Part shown: piece after piece, positions 51,985-64,000 of the stretch
How positions within the stretch are numbered: position 1 is the first letter of the stretch
Layout: every line of letters starts with the position of its first letter
Source: Octopus vulgaris
Lineage: Eukaryota
DNA: 64,000 nucleotides
Direction: 5' to 3'
Assembly (NCBI GenBank): GCA_951406725.2
Contig: OX597833.1
Coordinates: forward strand, 1,674,001-1,738,000
Position numbers and translations under genes: made by a program
The notes under the pieces: generated by a model
What the model saw: only the letters and a program-made list of their open reading frames with translations
Database searches by the model: none
Told to the model about the DNA's origin: nothing

Positions 51985-52232
51985 GCGTTTGGGTTAATTC
52001 GGCCATTTTATGCTACTGTGAATGGTCCCATTTATTTGAACTTGTTGCGACAGTCTGCCATGCGAACCATTCAAGAGGAGTTTGAAAATGTTGCGTTGTA
52101 TTTGCAGCAACATGAGGCATCACCATTCTACTGTAGTAATGTAAGGGCCTAAGTCGATGAGATTTTTCCAGATAGGTGGATTAAGCTAAGCCTTCCTTAA
52201 GAAAACCTCCGCGTTCCCCGGACCTCAGTCCA
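51985..52232 (+). pseudogene. Tc1/mariner-superfamily transposase catalytic fragment (DD41D-like)
   Basis: GLIRPFYATVNGPIYLNLL..YLQQHEASPF..VRA*VDEIFPDRWI../PPRSPDLSP is a decayed QQDGAPPH..FPGRWIG..WPPRSPDL. Confidence 0.75.
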
Positions 52233-52804
52233 AAAGGGGTTACTTCAAACATGAATATCACGGTTTAAACCAGGTAACATTGGCTGAATTGAGGGCAGTC
52301 ACTGAACAGGAATTCGCACAAATTCCAAGCAAAATATTTCTTAATATTTTCTATCTCATTGCTTCGTGTCACCAAAAGTGCTCTGACCATAACAACCACC
52401 AACTTAAAAAACTTAAGTTCAAAAATTAATTCAATACTACACGCAGATTCTATCAAATTTTGGAAATGGAATATATTTGAAAATTCAAAAAAAAAAAAAG
52501 ACAACATTCATCGATAATAATTATGTGTATGTATATATATTTTTGGAACGCATTATCTATAAGTATATATGTATGTATGCATGTATGTCTGTATGTACGT
52601 TTGTAAATATAACACATATTTAAACACACGCCATTTTTCATATTTCAGACGCCTACTATATTAATAGCAGTGTTAGTGGATGTCTGGCCTTATAGTAAGT
52701 GTCATGAACATTCTCCAACTTCAATTATGTATTTCCACCTGCTCTTACATCCTATACTATCTCTTCATTTGCCGATTTAAATGATACTTGTCCATTTTCA
52801 TGTT

Positions 52805-53020
52805 CTTTTAATCTTTTACTTGTTTCAGTCATTTGACTGCGGCCATGCTGGAGCGACGCCTTAATTTTCTTTTTTTGCTTGTTTTTCGTCGCAGAAACCG
52901 ACCCCCATGACATAGTCTTTGTAAGCTTACTACTTATTCTAACGTTAAGGGGACATAAACACACCAAGATCGGTTGTCAGGTGTTGGTGGGTGGGGGAAA
53001 CATAGATACAAAGACACACA
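52805..53020 (-). mobile_element. SINE family A 3' half, degenerate
   Basis: cttttacttgtttcagtcatttgactgcggccatgctggagc..acaccaagatcggttgtca. Confidence 0.75.
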
Positions 53021-53117
53021 CATAAAGACATGCATACATACATTCATACATACATACATACGTACATACATACATACATACATACGTACATACGTACATA
53101 CATACATACGTACATAT

Positions 53118-53150
<33 letters not shown>

Positions 53151-53151
<1 letters not shown>

Positions 53152-53936
53152 GATAAATAAAAATATATGCATACATACAAACATATATGTACGTACCTAC
53201 ATCTACATGTATATATACATGCATATATAAATAATTATACGTGAGTACAGGACACCACAATAAGACGTAGAAACGAGAAAAACAAAAAAAACAAAAAACA
53301 AGAAGACAAAAAAAACAGTTACAGGACGTGCTACACAAGGAAAAAACCCCCGTCATCAGCTGTCTCTAGTAGACTCAAGCATGTTTCGAAGGCAAAGACA
53401 CAACACTAATCCACTAAGCCTTCCTGCGAGAGAATTAAAATAAAATTCCAAGCAGCGGGGCAAAATGAGTACGAACACGAACAGGACGTAAAAATAAAAC
53501 TGCAAAAATAAAAATACATGTACAAAAAATACAAATAAATACAAAACGAGAAAATAAAAAGAGAATACGATACAGGAAATCAAACACACAAGAGGACGAA
53601 CGAAAAAGCCTTTTTTTTCTGGCATAGACGAAGGATACTGTGGCAGCGCGTGGAAGGCAGTCTTTTCAGTAGTAGGAGCAACGTGTAAAAGAAGTTTTTA
53701 TAGGCTGGCAGTAAGGAAGAAGGAAGGAGGAGGGGGACACGCGGCTGAGAGAGAGAGGAGGAGTGGGAGGGAGAGAGAGTGGAGAGGGTAAAGCAAAGGG
53801 AGAGAATTCCGCGTCTTAAATATAATAATAATATAAAAATAACAGGAACCAAGAGGTGGAACGAAACGACGAATCGGAACGAACCTGACGCGAGGCGCTG
53901 TCAGACAATAATGTGATAAATAAAAATATATGCATA
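53151..53936 (-). mobile_element. ~0.76 kb non-coding element bounded by a 23-bp direct repeat (solo pseudo-LTR or retrozyme-like)
   Basis: tgataaataaaaatatatgcata at 53151-53173 and 53914-53936; same tail and motif order as 62581-63527. Confidence 0.6.
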
Positions 53937-54596
53937 TATATTGGTATTTAGTTTGTCGACACCAAAACAACGAAGGGTAAGTTGAACTTAGCAGAATTTG
54001 AACTCGGGAACTTAAACAGCCACCAGACATTCTATCTCACGTGCTAGCGATTGTGCCAGCTCCCACGCATATTATAGAGATTAATGATAAATTTTATTTT
54101 GATCGATTCATATCTTTCGAGAGACCGGTTCGCCCAATATATTATCCATCCATCCATCCATCCATCCATACATACATACATACATACATACATTCATAAG
54201 ATGATTTATTTCATTCTCATTTAACTTCATAATGAACCAATATCATGAGACATGTCATTAAATATATTTAATCACTCATTCTATATAAGTACTCTAAGTA
54301 AATAGTGTCTTACAATAACGACATTTGACCGCTAATGGAAGGATATCAGCAATCTATTGGCCCCGCCGCATCGCCATATTTACAATTTTATTACAGAGTT
54401 CCTTGGAGCATATTTATCAAGTTATATTGTAAAAGCTACACAATAACAATGTTAGTTTTTATACCAATTGACATGACATCTTTAGTGTTCCTTACGCATT
54501 TATGCCAGAATTTATATCTTTCACACTGCTATATTAACTTTAAACATATGCCCATGATATTAGATTTTGTCTAAACAACTTATATATATATATATA

Positions 54597-54660
<64 letters not shown>

Positions 54661-55029
54661 GTATACGTAAATATACAACTCATTTACTGTTTTTAACTCA
54701 TTTCATTCCGATATCAAATGGCTGTAATCTTTGGCGCTCTACATCTTGATGGCTTGTTTAAAATTTTACAAGATGTGAAATATTGTAAAGAAAACTATAT
54801 AATGCAGTTTGCTGTAAGTAGTTAGAACAATCTCCATTTCAGCAGAAATATGCTATTAAGCACACGTTATCGTAATAAATTATAGTCTATGAAACTGTCG
54901 TGTCTAGGATTTTCAACAATACAAATTACAAGCAACTGGTTCTTACAAAGCGAGTATGGCTTGGAAGCATATAGAGTAGAATAGATACATAGATATACGT
55001 TCACACATTCCTTTCCGGTCATTTCAATA

Positions 55030-55228
55030 TGTGACGGCGTCTGTATCGTTGGCGATTTTCTTTCTCCGTCTTCCCATCTTTGGACTTTTTCTATATTTCT
55101 GGTGAAGAGCATCGCTGGTAACGTGAAATCCCCTTTCATTTCTTTCCTCTCCTGGGCGTCCAATAACACTACTTATTCCACGTCCTCTCGTTGTTGTTCT
55201 TTCTTGCTTGTTCATGTTTGGATTGATT
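55030..55228 (+). mobile_element. Older copy of the 7172 family with decayed hammerhead
   Basis: tttCTGGTGAagagcatcgctgGTAAcgtgaaat; tail ttccacgtcctc..gtttggatt. Confidence 0.6.
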
Positions 55229-55347
55229 ATATATATATATATATATATAAATCGATAGATAAAAATACATATATGCATAGCATATACATATGTTTATATT
55301 ATAAATATATAGATACACTTACAAACATACACACATACGTATATATA

Positions 55348-55397
<50 letters not shown>

Positions 55398-55719
55398 GCG
55401 GTGCTCCAGCATGGCCGCAGCCAAATGACTGAAACAAGTAAAAGAGTATATATATATATATATATATTCAAACGATGAATAGCTTTGCGTAAACCACTGG
55501 TTCGTTTGTCCTCATACGTTATTATCATCTTATAATCATCTCGTAATAATGACCTTTATGACTCGTATTACTACATCAGTCAATCTAAATGTATATATTT
55601 GTAGTTACCTGTCATAAACAGCCTTTTTCTATTTGCAATGTGCATTTTCGTTGATTTTTCATATATTACCCTTACATTTCCACGTGTATTTTATATTTTC
55701 TTTCCGTAACATATTTCTA

Positions 55720-55756
<37 letters not shown>

Positions 55757-55761
<5 letters not shown>

Positions 55762-55958
55762 ATCCAAACAAGAAAATACAAAAAAAAAACACAGCAACGC
55801 GAGGACGTGGAACAAATAAAGTATTATTGGACGCTCAGAAAAGAAGAGAAGAAGGAGGATTTAACGTTTCGAGCGGAGCTCTTCGTCGGAAACATAGGAG
55901 AAGGAAAGATACCGAGAAGGGAAGACAGAGGGAAAAAAATCGCCAACGGTACACACGA
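55757..55958 (-). mobile_element. Copy of the 7172 family with minimal hammerhead (55859-55893)
   Basis: gttt-CCGACGA-a-gagc tcc gctc-GAAA-cg-TT-aaat; starts at (TA)n. Confidence 0.65.
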
Positions 55959-56069
55959 CTTATTGGCGATCAGAGCCGTTCAGTAACCGAGATATTACTG
56001 TATCATGTTTTCACTAATTTACGTAATTCCTTGTAACTGAAGTCACCTGACAATGAGTTGTACTCTGTT

Positions 56070-56225
56070 TTGAAGGGTCAGCTTTGTCACGCTCTGTCTC
56101 AATCTCCCTTAAAATTACGTCATGGGTCCGTATGTCTGTACAATGCTCAACGTCTTGCGCGTTATTTTACGAACAAGCTATTCCATTGATCGGATCAACT
56201 GGAACCCTCGTCTTCGTAACCGTCA
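56070..56225 (+). mobile_element. SINE family B 3' fragment
   Basis: ttgatcggatcaactggaaccctcgtc shared with 23168-23196. Confidence 0.7.
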
Positions 56226-56885
56226 GAATACAAGTTATAGTCATACTCGCACGCACATGTAACACCAGTTTTTTTTTTTTTAAACTGAACTGGAATTAAA
56301 CTAAGAACTCAAATAACCTCGATTTTACACCGTAAGCCATATACTCCGTCTGCCTTTTGTTTATCTATTTTATTCTTGTTTTGTTTCTTTTCTAACATTT
56401 CTTGATGTTTTTTCCTGTTGTTGTTGCTGTTAATGTCGCTCACTGCTGTTGAACACTTGTTTTTTTTGTCCTTCTCTGTCTCATGCTCATCGCTTACATT
56501 CATACATCCGACATAAATCTGCTCTTCTATTATAGTTTCCATTTCTGTTTATTCCTCCTCCATCTCCATCTCCGACTCCACCTCCTCTTCCTCCTCTTCC
56601 CCTTCTCCTCCTCCCAATCCTCCCCCCTCCTTCTCTTACCCTCTGGTATCTACTCAACGCACGTTCAACATCGATGCATCGGAATATTTTCAACTTCACT
56701 TTCTCGCTTCCAGTTTAACGCCGTTTTTTGTTCACTCTGTAAGAATTTGTAGTAAAAACGTCAAAAAAAAATAGAGTGCATAATATATATATATATATAT
56801 ATATATACATCTATACACATTTGTATATATACATGAATACATGCATACAGATATATATATATAAGTGTTTTTACACACACATATA

Positions 56886-56942
<57 letters not shown>

Positions 56943-57155
56943 TTATATATATGTATATATGTATGTGTATATATATATATATATACGTGTGTGTGTCTAC
57001 ATATATGTAAGTATATCGATATATATATACGTGCGTATATGTATATTTATATTTGTATGTATATATGAATATACTTAAGTATACGCACAAGAACACACAC
57101 GTAGATGTGCACATATTTGTACATATCTGTATATGTATATATAAATATATATATA

Positions 57156-57210
<55 letters not shown>

Positions 57211-57931
57211 GTACGTATGTATGTATGAATATGTATGTATATGCATATGTACATATATGTATTTATGCGTATGGATATGTATGTACAAACACAGTGAAGA
57301 CACAATCAACTGAAAGCACAAAATCAGGAATTTGAACAAGAACTCAAGACATACATAAAAGAGACGAAAAGCAACGCAAAACAGAAAGTAACAATAGAAA
57401 ACATGTCAAAGAAATAGAAAAGTAAAATAGAAAAGCAGGAAAAAAAAAATGGCTTCGAAGTAACACCGAAACACAACAACAGCAACACAAAAATCGTCGC
57501 CTTGTTTCAAATGATAACATAACAAGCAGCTACATGCGTATATAGGATTTGATTTGCTTACGTAATTACGTTTGCTTGTGTATGTCCGTGTGTGTATCTG
57601 TACGTGTGTGTGTGCGTATATAAATCTTTGTATGCGTGTGTTGCTGGCAATATAAGGTGGTATGTTGATTGGTGAGTGTGCGTCTGTTGCTGTTTCGGTA
57701 TAGGTATATTGGTGTCTTTAACGTACGTTCCTGTACGTCTAAGCTGAAGTTGTGCAATGTGCAGTATGTTTGTCTGAATGCATCTCAAATCTGTGTGTAT
57801 GTGTGCATATGTATGCATCTGAAGAGGTGGGTTTGCGAATGTATGTATGTTTATCTCTCTCTCTCTTCCTCTTCCTCTCTCTATCTATCTATCTATCTTG
57901 CTCTCAGTATGTATGTATGCACATATATATG

Positions 57932-57968
<37 letters not shown>

Positions 57969-58006
57969 TATATATATACATATATATATATTTAAATGTA
58001 TGTATA

Positions 58007-58053
<47 letters not shown>

Positions 58054-58071
58054 ATATATATATGGGGCACC

Positions 58072-58137
<66 letters not shown>

Positions 58138-58655
58138 GCCCCATGCCCACAGCTCGTGAGCTGAAACAAGATAAAAATGAAAAGAAAATATATGTATATA
58201 TATATATATAAATATATATATATGTACAAATGTACAAACGTGGATATATAGGTTTAGATAGATAAATATACGTGTGTGCGTGTATTTGTGTATATATGTA
58301 TATGTTTCTATGTATATGTTTCTATATATAAGTGTGCGTTTGTGTATGAGAATGTGTGTGCGCGTATGTGTGTGTGGTGCTTTTCTGTAGCGTGTGAGTA
58401 TAAGTATATAAATATGTGCTGGTGTGTACGCATACCTATGTCTGTGTTTGTACAGGTGTATGTTGGAGTCTATAATGACGAAGTAAAGAGAACAGAGAAC
58501 GGCATCTGAATTCACTAAACATGGAAGCAAAGATCAATGGTGAAAATTGATGTCAAACAGATGCTAATTAATCTCAGAAACAAAATCTTTTGGTTGGAAA
58601 CCTAGAGAGTTAAGTCAGATAATAGGTTTGGGGAGATCTAACTACATATGTAAAG

Positions 58656-58731
<76 letters not shown>

Positions 58732-59295
58732 CTCTGTCTATCTATCTATCCATCTATCTACCTATCTATCTATCTATCTATCTATTTATCTATCTGTGTA
58801 GCTATACATACATACATACATATACATACATACATATATATATATATATAAGCATTGTATTATGTACTTCTCTATTGATATATCTATTTCTGTATGTGTA
58901 CACACACACACATACACACATATATATACACACACACATACATATATATTCAAATACACACACATACATAAACGCACACACACATATATATATAATATAT
59001 ATAGATAGATAGACAAATAGAGAGATAGAAAGATTAACGGATAAATAGATAGATAGATCTATACATACATATATTATATTTTATACAAACACATGCGTGC
59101 GTCTATATACTCATACATATATGTATATATACGTATGTATACGTACGCACACACACGCAGAGGCGCGCGCACACACAGATACACACACACACACACACAC
59201 GCACATATATATATATATGGAATTCAGTTAGAGGTTATGTTAGCCTCATGCATATTAACCTCAAAATCTCCATAATCTTCCGTTACACACACACA

Positions 59296-59341
<46 letters not shown>

Positions 59342-59509
59342 CCTACCTATCTATCTACCTATCTATCTATCTTTTTTTTTGTCCTCTTTCTTTCCTTTTA
59401 CGATCCCTTTTGATCGAAAACCAAACCCCCTTTTTTACCCCCAAAAGAAAAGCTCTACCTTGTAATTTGTCCTGTCTGTGTGCAGCCCTGTGTGGCTAAT
59501 AAAGAAACA

Positions 59510-59555
<46 letters not shown>

Positions 59556-59561
59556 CCTATG

Positions 59562-59674
<113 letters not shown>

Positions 59675-60005
59675 TAACATGTATTAGACGTACTCCCGTA
59701 TACAAAACCTTTACCTTTTGTCAATACAACAAAGAAAACGCTGGAAGGTGAAGATGATGCAGCGAGGCTGTATCTATCCCACAATGCACTTTACGTAGTA
59801 TTCTAAAGCATCATTCGTTTGTAAACCTCGATGCCTTTGGACACTCGATTTCCCTTCCATTATCCTCTTCTGCCACTTTAACACCTTTCATCTTGTTTTA
59901 TTCCCTTCCATCTTTTATATAGAATTCTCTTTTCGCTTTTATCAACTGCTGGTCTTTCGTCGTTTCTGCCTTTTGCTTTTCTCTCCATCATATTTCTCTC
60001 ATTCA

Positions 60006-61190
<1,185 letters not shown>

Positions 61191-62062
61191 CTAGATTCTT
61201 CAGAATTTTCTTCACCACCTTCATCTTTTGACTTTAATTTTTTGATTCTTTTTCATTCTCGACCTTTCTTTTCTTTTATTTACCACTATTTTTTTTGTTC
61301 TTTTTTTTCCGTCGTCCATCCTATCGTTCCACTTCTTCTTCCCCCCTTTTTTTCTCCTTCCTTTTCATTCCTTTCCCTATTTCCAGTACATATCGTCACA
61401 AACTTCCTTTCCCATTTTCCATATATCCATCTGAAAGGCATTACATATTCAATCCGGACCAGAAACAGATAAATGCACTGATGTCCCCAACTGCACATCG
61501 CCCCCTGCAGCACCCATCACCCTACCCTACACCTAACCCCCAACTACACCCCACCCCGTCACCACTGCAGGCAACAAACACATAATCAATTTCAACGACC
61601 AAAAACCTAACTTCAACAACTATACAAAGTAACTCCATATTGTTTTCTGCTGGAGCCTTTCTCTATCCATTGCGTTTTGTTTCATTGTAGCCGCCATTTT
61701 GGTCGACTAGTCTCCAGAGAATCTACAGCACGCTATCATTTCACACGTTCAGCGAATCACTGGTGCATTGATGTTGCTTTTCACAGAGAATTATTGAAAA
61801 CCATTATCGGAGCTTTATCCATATTTTATTTCGTCCATATACTGTTTTGCACTTGCTATGTTATCGAGTTCTTTCCTATAATATTCCTATGTCTCTGTTT
61901 GAGCGACTATTGTAGCCCAAACATGCGAATATGATAATACGAGTCTTACATATATATATAGAGAGAGAGAAGGAGAGAGAGAGAGAAATAGAGACAGAGT
62001 GTTGTGTATGTGCGTATATGTGTGTATATATATATGTATGTATATATATATATATATATATG

Positions 62063-62164
<102 letters not shown>

Positions 62165-62176
62165 CATACGTATATG

Positions 62177-62220
<44 letters not shown>

Positions 62221-62317
62221 CATGGTCTTTGGCATGTTGGTAGAGTATGGAGGACTGTTTTCTGTCGTAATTTGACTTTTTATTCTGCAGCACGGCTTTT
62301 AAGGATGCTTCAGTCCT

Positions 62318-62515
62318 ATAAATGCACACACATATGCATGTGGGTGACTCTCTCACTCTAGGTGTGACTCTGAAGTAAGAAGCTTGCTTCCCAACCGCAT
62401 GGTTTCGGATTCAGTCCTACTGCATTGCTTCTTGGACGAGTTTCTTCTACCATAATCTCGGACCGAACAGAGCCTAGTGAGTTGATTTGCTAGACGGAAG
62501 CTGAAAAAAATCGTC

Positions 62516-62588
<73 letters not shown>

Positions 62589-63604
62589 TGTATAAGTATA
62601 TGTAGAGGTAGGTACGTACATATATGTTTATATATATGCATATGTTTTATTTCATTTATTAATATATTATATGATGAAACGCACGCACCCCCTTAAGTAA
62701 GATTGTTCTGTATATCAAGTTTTGGTCTTGATATTAACTCTGACGCGCACTCTTAACCTTTCTGTCCCATCCCTTTCTCAGCCTTCATTCTTTGATTTCT
62801 TTTTCCTCTACTTAACTTGTTTCCTCCTCCCTCTCATTCTTCACTCTCTCTCTCCCCCTCACGATTCTTCATGGTTTCCTCGCAGCCATTCCCCTTCTTC
62901 TCTCCCTTTCTCTTGCTCCTCCTCCCCCCTTCCTGTCGTTCATCCGCGACGATATTTCCGCTCTGACTGTCTTTCTGGCCTGGCCTTTCAAGGTAGTGGA
63001 CGACATTCTTCCTGCTCCTCTGTCGTTCACAAAAAATTCTGCGTTTGCAATACTTGTTTTCGTTCGGCGTCAACAGCCCTTCTTATCTTGTTTTTCCTTG
63101 TTCTGTCTTTTACTGTTTATATTTTGTACTGTCGTTACTGTCCTGTTTTTTTACCATTTTTTTACCATTTTTTACTCCTCTGCGAAAAGATCTCAGAATT
63201 TTAATTAATTTGCTTTTCGCAGGAAGGAAAGTTTCTTGTCGAAGATACGTCTCGCTTTTATCCTTTGAAACGTAGAGTAGATGAAACCATAGCGACTGAA
63301 GAAGGGATTTTTTCTTAGTGTTAATTGTCCTGTACTCCATTTTTTGTAGTTTTTTTAAAAAAAATGTCCAGTTCCTTTTGGTTTGTGTCTATGTTTTCGT
63401 TTCTCTTTGTGTTCGACGTCCCTTTGGTGTCCTGTACTCATATATGCGTGTATATGTACATGTAGAGGTAGGTACGTACATATATGTTTATATATATGCA
63501 TATGTTTAATTTCATTTATTAATATATATATATATATATATAGATAGATAGATAGATAGATGTATATATATACATGTGCATATACAAATACATGCACATA
63601 TACG

Positions 63605-63644
<40 letters not shown>

Positions 63645-63707
63645 CGTATATGTGCATGTATTTGTATATGTACATGTATATATATACATCTATCTATCTA
63701 CTATCTA

Positions 63708-63748
<41 letters not shown>

Positions 63749-63945
63749 GACGATTTTTTCAGCTTCCGTCTAGCAAATCAACTCACTAGGCTCTGTTCGG
63801 TCCGAGATTATGGTAGAAGAAACTCGTCCAAGATGCAATGCAGTAGGACTGAATCCGAAACCATGCGGTTGGGAAGCAAGCTTCTTACTTCAGAGTCACT
63901 CCTAGAGTGAGAGAGTCACCCACACGCATATGTGTGTGCATTTAT
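62318..63945. repeat. ~200-bp near-identical inverted duplication (62318-62520 / 63744-63945) containing a diverged SINE A head plus non-SINE flank
   Basis: About four differences over ~200 bp; both copies share the same private SINE mutations. Confidence 0.85.
62581..63527 (+). mobile_element. ~0.86 kb non-coding element bounded by an 87-bp direct repeat (solo pseudo-LTR or retrozyme-like)
   Basis: 62581-62667 repeated at 63441-63527; pyrimidine-rich body; motif gcaggaagg..cctttgaaac..ctgaagaaggg at 63219-63306; inside (TA)n. Confidence 0.65.
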
Positions 63946-63968
63946 ATATGTTATATATGATATATATA

Positions 63969-64000
63969 TAGGCGCAGGAGTGGCTGTGTGGTAAGTAGCT
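63969..64000 (+). mobile_element. SINE family A head, running off the window
   Basis: taggcgcaggagtggctgtgtggtaagtagct, identical to 28701 onward. Confidence 0.85.

Noticed and set aside
55030-55958. Inverted pair of 7172-family copies as one TIR element
   Set aside because: The two copies are quite diverged from each other, and 55757-55958 is closer to the distant 7172 copy, so independent insertions are more likely.

Overview
This is AT-rich, microsatellite-saturated, repeat-derived eukaryotic DNA. The SINE families resemble those I recall from octopus (cephalopod) genomes; that is an inference, not a search result. No host exon is recognisable, and almost all short ORFs in the track are translated microsatellites. 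The main feature is a young Penelope-like retroelement (Neptune type, 37486-43187). It has a 5'-truncated helical ORF1, an RT + GIY-YIG ORF2 in the -1 frame joined to ORF1 through an in-phase U_UUU_UUA slippery heptamer, a near-identical 1.57 kb inverted 3' copy, and a minimal hammerhead ribozyme with a U3-A8 core at both ends. Scattered through the window are many short element ends next to (TA)n. They carry minimal or variant hammerhead cores, often as small fold-backs and sometimes with long direct or inverted duplications of flanking DNA. One ~0.8 kb family has hammerhead core motifs in permuted order. The rest comprises three SINE families, a decayed mariner, MITEs, non-autonomous Helitrons, fragments of MULE, Chapaev-like, Tc1/mariner and Nematis-like elements, and a ~2 kb shuffled patchwork that is probably an assembly artefact.
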